Shown: positions 1-45,182, counted from the first letter of the stretch. The stretch: DNA of 64,000 bases from Amoebidium appalachense (GCA_963693365.1 CAVNZM010000007.1:7437962-7501961); one strand, 5' to 3'. A program made the numbers and translations. The notes: generated by a model not told the origin, from the letters alone.

Positions 1-198
1 CCCGATACCCCATTCCCCCCATCCCCCCCCCCCCCCATCCCCCCCCCCCCCAGACACACCTGCACACACACACCCACACCGTGATAAAAAAGAATACAGT
101 TCTGAAAAATAGAAACAAGAATATACTGGGTACTATTGCATGCACAACCATACAACACGTGGCCACCTATCATTTGCGTGCACAAAAGGGCTGGTACT

Positions 199-266
<68 letters not shown>

Positions 267-307
267 CACACACATCTACTATGGCACACACACAGGCACA
301 GGCACAG

Positions 308-582
308 GGCAAGGATGTTGTTGCCACCGTGACTGCCCGTGTGCTTGTGCGTTTGCGTAACGATGACCGAGTCCTCAAGTCTATTCTCCACAGCTGGGCT
401 GCCCCAATGGAACCCATTATTCAGGTTTTGAGCCCCCCCCCCCCCCCCCCCCTCTCTCTCTCTCTCCCCCCTCCCTCCCCCCCGCGCCCCCTGCGCAAGG
501 GGAAAAAAAAAAAGAAAAAAGAAAACATCTGCACGGCTGCACCTTTTCACAGCATGTGCTTAGGGAAAAGACACTGGTGTAA
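308..582 (+). CDS. Exon(s) of a hypothetical multi-exon gene entering from the left edge (exon 308-424, possible next exon 553-582)
   Basis: cag|GGCAAG...ATTCAG|gtttt is a 117-nt open exon (GKDVVATVTARVLVRLRNDDRVLKSILHSWAAPMEPIIQ) flanked by microsatellite intron DNA. The next candidate exon reads HVLREKTLV*. It may instead continue into the gene at 1811-4170. Confidence 0.4.
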
Positions 583-987
583 TGTGTCTGGCAGTGGTCT
601 TCTCACGTTGGAGTCCTGTCATGAGACTTCCTCCTCCCAAATCTTTTATGAAATTTCTTCATGTGTAGTTACGTCAGTGTTGAAATTGTGTACATAGCTG
701 ATTATAACGATTAGAGGCTGCTTGCATCACAACATTAAAAATTTGCACGCAACTTAAAATGGCAAATAGACGCTATTCAATCACCCCTCAAATTACGTTG
801 ACTGACATTGGAATGAAAATACACAGGCTGCGACGGCTTTGATTGGTCGCCCACTTGTGTTTCTATTGGTTGCAATGCCGGACCTCACCAAGGGCAGGCT
901 GTCGAAACCAAACATAAATCAATGCAAATTGGTGGATCTCCGGCAGACAAATGTCCCCCCACTCTACAAGTAACAACCCCCCCCCCC

Positions 988-1118
<131 letters not shown>

Positions 1119-1810
1119 CACCTTTCCGAAGTTCCTGCCTATAACCCAAAATATATAGGCTCGGAAGGAAGCAAACAAAAATGAACATGAACTCCAATTA
1201 TATGTACTGGAAGTTGCTGTGGAGCACTCGGGAACCAAGTAACCCAAAGCGTTGCTCGAATGTATCATCAAACGTGTATGTGCCCGTTAATAAACTTGCG
1301 CGTGTAGTAGGAATCACGCACACCGACGGTTTGCATGCTTCTTGGCAGTAACACGTCGGTGAAAATACAGAGCCAAAAAACGGATATGTGCACACACACA
1401 AACCTTCTTTCCGCCATGTTCTAGATCAAAATAGAAAGTGGCGTGCTCGTTCATCATACATCTTAGTACCCGACTAGAATTACGGTATGTGCTGTACTCG
1501 TGAAGAGGTAACGGCTGAGGGCTGAGGGGACAGAGAGGAACGGATGGCTGTTTTTTTCCTTCCTGTTTCTTTTACTCTTGTCCTGTTTTCTTTTCTTTTC
1601 TTTTCTTTCTTTTTTTTTTTTTCCCAATCCCCCCCCCCCCCCCCTTTTGGTGGGGGGGGGGGGGGGGGTAAGGGGGGGTTGGAAAGGTGGGTAGGTTTAT
1701 GGGTTGGTCAGTGTTTTGTGGGGCGAGAGCAGGAAAAAAAAAAGCAGTTCTCTTTCCCCATAACTCCTTCGTTTCTGTGCTTAAATTGTTGCATACTCGG
1801 TTTTTATTAG

Positions 1811-2091
1811 CTTACTGGCAGTGATATTCTTAACACTAACCAGTAAGGTGGTATCTGATTGCTTCTTTATTTTTACCAAAATTTCAGGTTGTATCCCCCC
1901 GACACGGAGTTCAGCATGCATGTAGATATGTGGACTGTGACGATGGATCAAGCATTGGATCCCACCAGCGAATATTTCGGCCTTCTGGCAATGCCCTTGC
2001 CACAGCATAAGCCTAAAGCACTCTCCAGGCTCATCAAGACGCTATCCAATGGATTTAAGTATGTGTGTGGGACTGTATGTCGATATATTCA

Positions 2092-2147
<56 letters not shown>

Positions 2148-2363
2148 GTGCGTGTGTGTGGATGTGTGCTGTTCCTATAGACCTAGCCCCACGGTATGTG
2201 TGTATTTGTAGTGTGTGTACCTCGGAGCTATACTTCACAGGTCAAAGTATTTGGTTGTGTGTGTACCGTGTGTATTACTAAACAATATGATGGGCTTTTG
2301 CACGCACAACTGTGTGATCGACAGCCGTTCAGCGAGTGCCATTGCTTGTGTTTTCATACTGAT

Positions 2364-2404
<41 letters not shown>

Positions 2405-2475
2405 ACAAAAAAAAAAAAAACAACAAAAAAACAAAACAAAAAAAAACAAAAAAAAAAACACACACACACACAAAC

Positions 2476-2519
<44 letters not shown>

Positions 2520-3383
2520 CGTAAAACCAGAAAAAACATCCCTAAGCTTCTACAAACAACCAAACAAGCACATACACACACACACAAAAAAAAAAAAAAC
2601 ACTCAAAAAAACATAGACTGACCATTTCTTTAATCAGACACCGTGGGCGGGGCAGCAGTGTGAGCAAAACCTCGGGAAGCATATCATCGCTTCCAGACCA
2701 CCTGTTCCAGACCACGGCCGAGCCAATCAAAAAGCTCCACAGTGATCCGATTATCCCAAGACGGGTCAGTGGGATTGAGCCTTTTGGCCTGAACCCATCC
2801 ACCCAGCCCTCCACCTCTCCTCACCACATTTCCCCCCTGCAGACAACCTTGTCGGAGGTGAAATATCCCCCCTCCCCCACTCCCCCCCCCCCCCCTCCCC
2901 CTTCATGGAAGATGCGAATTATTCCACCTCTCCCCCCCTTCCCCCTCCATCCCTCCCCCCAGGCAGCCACTATCTATACTTCATCACCTGACCCTTTCCT
3001 CTCAACCTTTGTTACTATTCTTCCCCCCGTTGAGTTATCAAAACCCCCCTCCCCCTTCCCCCCCCCCCCCCCCCCCCCACCCGTTTTCCGTGCCATTGTT
3101 GCTGCCCCTTTTCATGTAAAGCTGTCCTCCGCTCCCTCTGCTCCCCCTCCCCACCCTATCCACATGGCTCTTATCCTTCCCAGGCTGTTTCGGTGTTCCT
3201 CATATCCCTATTCCTCTATGTTAACTCTGTTTGCCTTCCCTTCCCCCCCCCCCCCCCCCCCCCCCCTCTCACCCCATTCCAACCCCCCTCCCCCCCTCCC
3301 CCTCCCCTCCCCCTCGCCCCATCCCCCCTCGTCTTCTCTCCCACGTTATTAAGGCTTATCACGAGTGCCCACAATACCACATG

Positions 3384-3459
<76 letters not shown>

Positions 3460-3539
3460 CCTCTCTTGCCCACCCCCTCACCTCCCATCAACCCTCCCCC
3501 TCCCCTCGCCTCCTCCCTCCCTCCCCTCCCCCCCCCCCC

Positions 3540-3572
<33 letters not shown>

Positions 3573-4170
3573 TGCCACCTCCTTTTTATCAGACACACCT
3601 TAACAATCTGCCTTTCACCCACAGCCAAGCATGGAGACCCGTCTACCCACCCATAACTCTTTCGAAGGTTACACCCACCTGACTACCAGCCGTATGAACC
3701 CCCACACCCGTCAGAGACGTCACTCGTGGGTTTCTACTCAAAATTTCACAGACCCATTCGATTCCCCCCTGCAAAGCGACCGTAGCTCCTCTCCTACCAC
3801 TCCATTGTCCGCATTTTACCTACCGAACAAACCCCCCCCTGTTCCTAGTCGGGCATCATTGCAACGCGTTGCGACAGGAGACCGATCGTTGCAATTTGGA
3901 AGAACGGGGTCTGATACGCGTCAATTTACCGATGATCTAGAAACGCTTTTCCCTACACTCACACTCGGCGGCGATCGAGCCGACGACCAGCCTGGGCCGT
4001 CTGCAAATTTGGACTACCTACCCCTGGGGGGGGCTGGGAATATCAAACGTGGGGTGGGGTCCAATAGGCAAGCTTTCACAAACCGGACGGAAACAAACCC
4101 TTTCAGGCTATCTGAACCCAAGTGTTCACCGAGAAATACAACGGGGAACGCAAGGAAATCGAGCCAATAG
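1811..4170 (+). CDS. Hypothetical protein, 3' exons (1811-1842, 1888-2058, 2617-2857, 3625-4170), with a long S/P/T-rich C-terminal tail; 5' exons unresolved
   Basis: Phase-compatible GT-AG exons give LTGSDILNTNQLYPPDTEFSMHVDMW...NGFKLTISLIRHRG...TTLSEPSMETRLP...ARKSSQ*. Unique-sequence blocks are separated by poly-C/(TG)n introns. Confidence 0.55.
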
Positions 4171-4633
4171 AGGGAACAGGAGATGAGAGGGGTTCCACCT
4201 CCAACAGGGGATTGCCGGGTTTGCCTAAACCTCAGACTGTGTTTGTGAGTTTGCGTGTCAGTGTGGAGGTTTGGTGAATGTGTGATAAGGGAATGTGTGA
4301 GGATCGGGGGGCAATGATTATTCGTATCTTAGGTTTGTTCAAGTACTTGTCGATTCATGGTCATCCGAAAGTTGCCTATTCTCTGTATTATCTGCGATGC
4401 TACTTCCACATGCATCTGCACCGCGGCAGTTGTGTCCTTGAGATATCTGAGATATCTCTTTTCCTTGCCAAATCAATAAAGTCATTATAAAAAAAATTCG
4501 TATGTGGTGGTGGTATCAATTACACCCGGGTACGGGGTCTTATGCATCGTATGGATGATTGCGGCCTGGTCGGGTGGGACTGGGTAGGAACTCTGCCAGG
4601 GTCTATGCAAGCACACACCTCCGCGGCCCACAC

Positions 4634-4667
<34 letters not shown>

Positions 4668-5249
4668 CCTTTGGTGCACACAGTACCCACTTTTCTCTCT
4701 CTCTCTCCCTTCTCCCCTTCCCCCCCCCCCCTTGTACCCCCGCTCCCACACCCACACACCCACACACCCACACACACACCTCCCCCCCCCTCCACCCCCT
4801 CTCCCTCCCCCCGCCGAACAACCATCTTCGTGCTTGTAAATCAGCAAAAGGCTTGTGAATGGTGTTTTCAGCTTCTAACCCTGTGTACCCTGATACCTGT
4901 ATAGCAGTTAATAGACTCCAAGAAATAGTAATACCAGTGCTTCGGGATTTTTTTTTTTTTTTTTTTTGGTTGGCTAAAGCTGCAAATGTTTAAGAAGCAT
5001 ATATCTTTTCTAAAGGTTGAAAACGTGGGGAAGAACTTTTAAACTTGTTTATCTGTTAGCACGAGTGACGGATACATTTGAAGCTTTAACGTCATGCAGC
5101 ACATTGTCAAAAAACTCAATTGCACCTGAGGCATGTTTATTCGATTGTAAAACATACAGCGCGCCTAGAAGGCGTGATATACATAGGCTTGCATGTGGGG
5201 GTTATGTATGCACCTACCTGAGGCTAATAGCATACTAATATGGTACATA

Positions 5250-5774
5250 GAGGGGTCACCCGCAAGTTACATATATTCATATATATTCATATATATTCAT
5301 ATATATGAATATTCACATATATGAATACTATATTTACACCGTATATTTACATATATTTACATATATTTACATATATTTACATATATTCATATAGTATATA
5401 TTCATATATATTTACATATATCTACATATAGCCCGAAATATCTCGTACATCGTAGAAATAGTTGGGAACAATGGGATATATATGCAAATAACGCTCGATC
5501 GCGATATGAGATCAGCTGCAGAGCAGACTCGGCGCGCGGATCAAAATGATTACGCATCTGATGTTTGATTGGTCCGATATTGAACGTGTACGGTGTGTGG
5601 CACAGGCTGTGCCATTCTCGATCACGTATACATACATTTATATATATTCATATATATTCATATACATATGAATATATATTCATATATATTCATATATATT
5701 CATATATACTTACATATATTTGTATATATTTGTATATATATTCGTATATATTTACCGGTTGCGGGTGACCCCTC
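5250..5774. mobile_element. MITE (~525 bp) with 16-bp perfect TIR and AT-rich subterminal tandem repeats
   Basis: GAGGGGTCACCCGCAA at 5250 and its reverse complement TTGCGGGTGACCCCTC ending at 5774. Flanked by ATA/ATA (or TA, mariner-like TA[C]GAGGGG). Internal (atatattcat)/(atatatttac) arrays on both sides of a unique core. Confidence 0.8.
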
Positions 5775-6683
5775 ATAGGTATTTCTTATGGAAAATTGTC
5801 GGCTATGACCATCTGTTGTCGAAACACAACGTTATAACTTATGGGCTTGTGGCTGCAAATTCTTTTGATTTGAACCTTTTTATTTACGGTCTTATTCAGT
5901 ACCGCTGTCTAGTGGTGGGTACCAGCCCCATGGGACCTATATACCTACGTTCCAGACTGAGCCCGTCAGACAGACATGGCAGAACGATCGGACTATACTA
6001 TGTACAAAAGATAACGGGGGGGTTGGTTTTAGCTGACTATGGTTTAGCTATAGGGGGGGAGGTCCGGGTCCGAAATTTCACATGTCTGCTGACGGGGGTC
6101 TAACGTGGTGTGGTGGTGGTGTGGAATTGAGAGCGGTGGGGTGTATGTGGTATCCCATGTCGTGTAGGGTGGTGGTGGCTGCTGCGTGCCTGTAGGTGTG
6201 GTGGGAGTGCGGCACTCTGTTTTTCGATGGGTGTATCTGCAGCTAGGGCAGGCCGGTAGGGTGTGGGTGGGGGGTCTGCGAAACTTGACCATGTGAAATA
6301 TACTAGTATTAAGTGACATTCCACACCCAGGGTTGTAATAATAGAAGTTGCGAGTGCAAAACGTAATCTGTAACGTCTGTGGTAAATCAACACTTGTGTA
6401 TCGCAGGATCGTGAAAACGTGTGCATATGTTTTGCGGGTGAGCGTGGGCACTCTTTAAAAAAGAAAGGGGTTGGACTTTCATTGCAGACAACTGGAAGAG
6501 AGTGCCGGGGGGGGGGGGGGGGAGGGGGGGAGGGGAGGGAGGGAATGGAGGGGGAGGGGGGGGGAGGGGGAGGGGGGAGAGGGGGGGGGGAGGGGAGGGA
6601 GGGAATGGAGGGGGAGGGGGGGGGGGGAGGGGGAGGGGGGGGGAGAGGGGGGGGGGGGGGGGGGGGGGGCAACCGCATGAGTC

Positions 6684-6925
6684 AACTTGCTCCGAGCAGG
6701 GCTCTTCTGCAGAACGCAGAATCATTCTGCAGAATTGTTTAGCAAAAGTATAGTTATTCTGCAAAAGTAGAATTATCTGCTGAACGCAGAATTATTCTTC
6801 AAACAGCATATTTATTCTGCTAAAAGCTAAAAACAAGTTTATTCTGCTGCCGTGAGCTGAATAATCGTTCGTGCTTTTAGCAGAATAATTCTGCTTTTGC
6901 AGAATAATTCTGCTCGGAGTAAGTT
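6684..6925. mobile_element. Small foldback/MITE-like element (~240 bp)
   Basis: AACTTGCTCCGAGCAG ... CTGCTCGGAGTAAGTT inverted termini (15/16 match). Interior built of repeated palindromic GCAGAAT(A/T)ATTCTGC motifs. Confidence 0.65.
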
Positions 6926-7424
6926 CATTCTGCCGATGTGGTTGGGCCCTCGGGGAAAGGGAAAGGGGAAGGGGGGCTGTGTCAGCGCCCGCGCGCGCGT
7001 GTGTGCGTGTGTGTGTGTGTGGGAGGGAGATCTCTAGAGGGGCCCGAGGGTGCGCGGTTGTGGGGAGGATAAAGTATACGTAAGGCTGTAGGAGTCGTAA
7101 TTGCGTGATACGTATGATGTATACCTCTAGATGCAGGGGTGGCCGGACAAGGTGATGGCCCAGCCACTGGTTTGGGGAGGGAGAGGATATCATTCCCGGG
7201 GAAGAAGGGAGGGGGCGGGGGTGGGGGTGAGGGGGGCGGGGGATCGGGGGGGGGGAGGGGGGGGGGGGGAGAGAGGGGAGGGGCAATTGTTACAATCTAC
7301 ACTACTGTAGGAGAGTGGCTCAGTTTCCAAATTAAACCCTACCAGTGGGCAAACCACAGTTAAACGCGCGCAACATAATTTATTGGCTCTCCCTCAGTCT
7401 CCCGCTCCCTCTCCCTCTCCCTCT

Positions 7425-7472
<48 letters not shown>

Positions 7473-7588
7473 TCCCTCCCCCCTCTCCCCCTCTCTACAT
7501 CTCTGTCCATAGATAGAGACTGTGTGGTCCATGGGGGTGGGGATGGTGGTGGTGGTCGCTGATGTTGACGATGTTTGTGGTTATTTTT

Positions 7589-7659
<71 letters not shown>

Positions 7660-9445
7660 AAGCCCGTGGAAAGGGAGGGGAGTGGCTGGGGGGGGAGGGG
7701 GGAGGGGGGAGGGGCCTGAGGAGGGGGGGGCGGGCGGGGGGGGAGGGGAGGGGGGGGGGGAAGGGGGGGGGGGGGGGGGGAGGGGGGGGGGGGGAGGGGC
7801 TGGGAGTATGTCGGGAACCCAGGGATTTGTTTAATATTAAATTTTTATTAAAGAACTATGGCACATCATCTTTGGTAATCACGTTGACGTGGCCATGGTG
7901 ACCATATGTGCTTGTGCAGCACATATTTACATACTCCGATCTGATTTTTTGAGTCACGGTCAGCTGTGTTTCGACATATCAAGCTAGCATATGATTGTGA
8001 TGACGTGCACGTGCAAAGGTCGCCCTTTGCGTGGATGTGTTAACGCTGGATGATAATAGGAAGCTCAGTGCCAGCTACCCCTTCAAGCCCCCCCTCCCCC
8101 CCTCCCCCCCCCCCCCCCCCTCCTCCCTCCCTCCCTCCCTCCCTCCTCCCCGCTCCCTCCGTCCCTTAAGCTTCCTCCCTCACTCTAAGTGACCTCCCGG
8201 TCCATGCAGGGCCAGATCGATTACATGGGGGGCACGTCCTTGAAATTATGTTCCTATTCAAGGGCAAAAGAGACACGTGACTTGAGACCCTTAAAGTTAA
8301 GGGCTTCTTAAACTCTTTCTACTGCCTTGGCTTATCGATTGATAGCTTACTCGGAGACCCGCCCCGCGACCGGACGGCCGGGCCCTACCCATGCTTCAGT
8401 AAGCGTGTGCAAGGAATGTATGGAATGTGCCAGCAGGTTGTGGAATGTGAATGGATCATCCAGTCATGAGGCAATCTATCATCCAGCCAATAGGAACACC
8501 GCGACTCTTGGGAGATGTTCAGAACTCACGTGACGAATCTGATTGGCTGCTCACGCATCCGTATGTGCCGCCGCGAGTCGCGACCGAACACGAGGCAAAC
8601 AAAGAAAGGTTTTGTTTTGGTTCAGAGGCCCAACAAGGCTTGAAAGAATAGAAGGGCTGGTTGTACATTTGCACAGGAAATAGGTACAATAGGCTGGTTC
8701 AGACGCTCTGATACCATACCCAGCTTACGTCTTGGGTGCAAATAAAAAGACGAGAGTGCTTCACTGATTGTTCACATCTACAAGGGGATCAGACAGGGAT
8801 CAGAGCGAGATCAGAGATCCATGCACATGAGGCCAGATCAGGCCCGGCTGACTATCCGCTGTGTGTCCTGTGTGTGCACATTTGTACCGTAAGGGCCGTC
8901 TTGCTGCCAAAATCTGGGCTTAGTTGAAGGTGTATGCCAAAGCCATGTTGGGGCCGATGAAGCTTTTGTGGTCCGGGCGCGCAAGTCTTTGTAAGTGTTC
9001 AATTACAATGTAAGAAGAACACTTGAAAATAGTTGTGATGGAACTTGCAGACTGCGATTGCTAGGATATGTGAGGAAGGTTGAAAAGAGGCACACAGTTT
9101 CAAGTATCTGTTCAAAATGGCACTAACGCCAAGTTTATTATATTCATCAGCAGTCAATAAAAAGCCATTCACTCAGGTACTGTGCGTATAAAATTCAGGC
9201 TGCAGGTGACACTGGTACCAGCCCAGTTGTCCCTGCAACAGTTAAAGTCAAAATACTTCAACACGTTTTCAAGATCTCATAAGTTCGTTCCACAATCGCT
9301 ACAACTATTCAATTCGACACTTTTCGTCCAATTTCTGAACCCTTCGTCTTTTCTGCTCTTTTTCTTTTTCTTTTTTAAAAAACCAGTCATTTTCACCATT
9401 ATACTAACAAATATGGTTCACCTAAAATTATACCACGTTCAAAAT

Positions 9446-10354
9446 TCAACACCAGTTCTGTTGCATGTTCTGGTTAAGCTCCACGAAAAGCTCGTCAACA
9501 CCGGCATAAACACCCGGAGCAGGGAGAGGCAAGAGGCTGACGTCCACTGACCCGGAGTTTGTTACCGCCAGACTGAGTGAGTCGCCGCTGCTGCCAGACA
9601 AACGCCGGGGGCAAGCCGTCATACCGGGGAGGGAGGAGAGAGACTCAAAAGCAAACTCTATCGGTGTTGTCGGCGTGGAGGGCTCACTGTCAGGCGTAGA
9701 CAGAGGGGAGAGGGGGGCCAAGGGGGACGAGCAGTTGAACAGGTCAAACGGCATAGTGCAGTTGGCCGTGTTGAAGTCGACTGCCGGTGAGGACGGGGCC
9801 GGGGATGGAAGAAGAGACACGGGGGTGGCAGGGGTAGGGGTTGCACACTCAGAGAGGGCGCCTGTTGTGTCGATGGCCCGCAGTGCCTGCAGCTGCTGCA
9901 GGATCATAGACTGCTGCAGAAGCAGACTTTGCTGCTGTAGCTGGTTCTGGGTATACTGCAGCATCAGTTGCTCGTAGGACGTAGCAAGGGACGTAGCGGA
10001 CGGACCGAGGGGGCTTACAAGGGGTGTGGGTGCTGGTGTATCGACCTTAACATAGTTTGGTGAAAATGGCTCCTCCTTGGGGGGTGCATAGTGTTGTGTG
10101 TTCCTAGTGTTTGTCTTTTGCCTGGTGGCAGGAGACGAGAGGGTGGTGCTAGCGGTCCCAAACTTTCGCTTTTTACCAGCTGCGGTTGCTCTAGGCTTCT
10201 TTTTGGGATCGTAAGGGTGGTATTGATAGCTACGCGCTTTATTACACTCTGTTTTTTGTGGCGCAGAAAGGCCAGCCTGTGCTGCTGCAAGCAATGCAGG
10301 TGTAGGTTCACCCTGGTCTGTGCATGCCTTGAACGATACGTCCATACCTGACAT
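9446..10354 (-). CDS. Intronless hypothetical protein (302 aa), intrinsically disordered, probably nuclear
   Basis: Microsatellite-free 909-nt ORF. Has an RSYQYHPY motif followed by basic clusters (PKKKPR, GKKRKF), a Q/L-rich helix and S/P/T-rich tracts. TATA-like and CCAAT motifs lie upstream, and a minus-strand AATAAA lies near 9134-9139. Confidence 0.75.
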   Translation of the reverse strand: MSGMDVSFKACTDQGEPTPALLAAAQAGLSAPQKTECNKARSYQYHPYDPKKKPRATAAGKKRKFGTASTTLSSPATRQKTNTRNTQHYAPPKEEPFSPNYVKVDTPAPTPLVSPLGPSATSLATSYEQLMLQYTQNQLQQQSLLLQQSMILQQLQALRAIDTTGALSECATPTPATPVSLLPSPAPSSPAVDFNTANCTMPFDLFNCSSPLAPLSPLSTPDSEPSTPTTPIEFAFESLSSLPGMTACPRRLSGSSGDSLSLAVTNSGSVDVSLLPLPAPGVYAGVDELFVELNQNMQQNWC

Positions 10355-10414
10355 TTCAGAGAGGTGGAGGTGGGGGAGGTGGGAATTGTATGTTTGGCGT
10401 TTGGTTTGGTGACA

Positions 10415-10605
10415 AATATACTATATATCTAGAAAGGTGGCTTAGACTGCACCTTTCGCTTCTCTCGGCAGAATGAAGGGAAGTGGGCGGGTGCGCCAAA
10501 ATATATGGCAGCGACTTGACGATCTTCGATCTGTATTAGCCAATCAGAATTGGCCACGGTGTCAATGTGGTTGGCCGTTCGAGTGTTTATGTGAACCAAT
10601 CGGTG
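10415..10605 (-). promoter_or_regulatory. Putative promoter of the 302-aa gene (TATA-like element and CCAAT boxes)
   Basis: tatatat tract near 10422-10428, AGCCAATCAG near 10539 and AACCAATCGG near 10594, all upstream of the ATG at 10354. Confidence 0.4.
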
Positions 10606-11947
10606 CCATTTTGTTAGGCGCCCAGAAATTGTCCATTCCTACTGGCGTAGAACTTCTAGAAAACAAAACCAGATGGTAATAAGCACCTGTGACAATCTTC
10701 CAATGGAAATGCCAGATATCGGTACATGAGTGACTCACCGGCTCAGATCTTTTTGCCTGCCAATCGATGCACAGCACTTTCAGGTATGTAGCCACCGCAA
10801 TATCGTTTCCGTTCAAACTACCGAATAAATAATTCGCTCAAAGAAAGAAACCAACAGTATATAAATGGATATAGATGGTATTAGCTGATAATGCAGCCAT
10901 AATAGCCCCTTCAATCATGAGGCACCCACTGTCATAAGTTCAGAAATAACGGAACTTGCGAGAAGCGCACATGCACGGCCCGGAGGAATTTAATGGTGAC
11001 CCCCCGAGACCCCGCGCCGATAAAAGCATATCGATTTTCATTATGGAACAGAAAGAAGCCCTGAACGTTTTTGCCGACAGATTTGATTGCTATGATCCCC
11101 AAAATGTGAATTAAAAGGTTATAAATATATTTGATGCTTTAATTCTTCGTGAACGTTGGTTTAATAAGGTTCTAACAGCTAATACAGAAGGCGGCTGCTT
11201 ACTGGTTGCTGTTTTGCGTGGCCGAGTTTTGCGGGGACTCGGACTTGGCCGGGCTACCGAGGGCCAGGCTGAGTACCGACGCCTCGGACTCATGATCAGT
11301 GACTATGCCCCGACGGTGCGTGACCATGCCACCCTGCCACATGCATGTGCAAAACAGTGCATTAAGAAATCTTTTTGACAGTGGCTACTGTAGCCAGCAA
11401 ACCCGAACAATAAAAATGGTTTATCAGTTACAATATGGGTTCAAAAAATACGTTGCGACCAGGTCGAGTGATCACTGACGTCGATCGATATCGCAGCCAC
11501 GCATATGCATGCCCTGATGCACAATGAAGATAGACCCACTTCCTTATTTTTTATTTTTTATTTTTAGAAACCACTATATCTTCTAATATAAATTGCATAT
11601 ATTAACGACGGTAGTTTGTCAGATGAAAGCACTGTTAGCCTGGTGCCTGGTGCGGCATATGATTCACAGAATCACAGGCGCATCATATAGCTTGTTGATC
11701 ATGATACGAATGGTTTTCGTAAACACAGCCATCAAAGAGTATAGGGGGTCAATTTAGATCATTGGGGAGAAATCTTGTGGTAGCCGAAAGCGGGGCATGA
11801 TTTTGGGCCATGAACAAAATGTCCCTATTGGCTCAGATTGCACCAAATTTTCTATACCGTATACAGTGCCGCCCGCAGCGCGCACGCACAAAACACAACA
11901 CCTGTACACACCAACCAGCACACAACCAAAACGCTCACGTGACACAT

Positions 11948-12030
<83 letters not shown>

Positions 12031-12642
12031 ACTGCCCTATGGCCGTGACACACACACACACACACATACACACTCACACACACGGCACACCCGCATGCAT
12101 ACACACAAATAATAATAATAATAATAATTAGGAGGCTCACTCAGCTTTCATGTTACTAGTCACATCTTTTATTTACACGAATACAAATTTGTGTTGGTAA
12201 ATCACTACTGAACTACCTTCATTTTAACACTGGCATGCATCACCAGCCGACATCGCGCATTGCCCTGGTGATGTGGGGCCGATACATACACACCACCAAT
12301 TATTATGTATCATAACAGAACACTGCAGCTCAGCTGCCAGACTAGCCTGGCCTGCCTCAACAGTTCAAATAATACACAGGATCACCCCCAAATTCAAATG
12401 TTGCACACCCATGATAAATCATACTAGCTATGCTGAGTTGGTTGGGCACAAGTTGAACTTGAGCCTATGCACATCATTGTATTCTTGACCTAAATATAGT
12501 ACGTGTTCTGGTGTAAATAGCACGCACCCATGGTGCTCATGCGCGAGGCCTCGGGTTCCCGTCTAAAGATACATTTTAAAACAACACATTCATTCAACAC
12601 GGGATACAAGTAAATAAATGCAGTCAGTGCATGGTCACAGAC

Positions 12643-12681
<39 letters not shown>

Positions 12682-12705
12682 CCTCCCCCCCCCCCCCCCC
12701 CCCCC

Positions 12706-12739
<34 letters not shown>

Positions 12740-13205
12740 ACACACACACACAGTACCAGCACCAGCACCACCCAAGGTTAACGTTAACAATAAGACACTA
12801 CAGAACATAGGTAAATAGCATAATGTCAGAAGCACTTACCGGGGCAACACGATACTATTCACAACAGTGACGAGTGGCTTTGGCAACCGGACGAATGTAA
12901 TTTTTTTTAGGCCCAAACCCGCGTATGATTGAGAGAGGACCTTCAAGGGAATTGCTAATAGGTATGTGTCCAGCATTGCTGCTTTAAATTTTCGTAAAGG
13001 GGAGAGAAGGAAGCAGTGCGATTTGGTTGCATGGGTGGGTAGGTGGGGTTTAGACCGTGTAACAGTTGCAGAACACGAGGGAGTACACAATCACGAAGGG
13101 CAAGACAATGTCGATCTTGCAGGAAACACTGGCTCACAAGGAGGATGCATTACATAAAAGAAGAGCTTATTCTCATTGAGGGGGCCCGAAGAGCCGTGTG
13201 TGTGT

Positions 13206-13257
<52 letters not shown>

Positions 13258-13275
13258 CAATTTTCACAATATGCG

Positions 13276-44643
<31,368 letters not shown>

Positions 44644-45182
44644 TCTTCACGTACTAACTCTTATAGCCTCGTCTAGAGAGGCACAACTTAAACGTGCGCT
44701 TCGCCTCTCACTTCAGAACATTCCAGAACCATACAACAAACAGACACTCTGTAGCTCTTGAAAAGCTCAAAAGGCTGCTGTCTGCATTGCATATATTAGA
44801 GGAAAAAACGTATGCCCACCAGAAATTGTGGAGAATCTAACACGAATGGGTTTGGACTGTGAAAAATCACAGCAAGCTCCGATCAAGCGCAACGCGACGG
44901 CAGCGTACCACTTATGTCAAGCAAAGAAGAAAAAATGGGAGGTCTAGTGTCTAGTGGGATAGCTCTAATGGACCATCCGTTAGCCTGCCACATTTGTATC
45001 TCAAACTTCAAACTCGAGCTTGATAGCTGTTGCACCTTGCAGTTACAAAGGTGGCCCTGCCCTGTTATCATCAATGTTAGCGCACAAGAGTCTGTGTGGC
45101 TTTGAACGCCTTCAATTCAAAGGTTCCGAGTTTTATTTGTTTGCTCTTTTTCCTTATTCCCCCTAGAGCGTCCTGGTTCTTC

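Noticed and set aside
11111-11293. 60-aa basic ORF
   Set aside because: Too short and without recognisable motifs to support a gene call.
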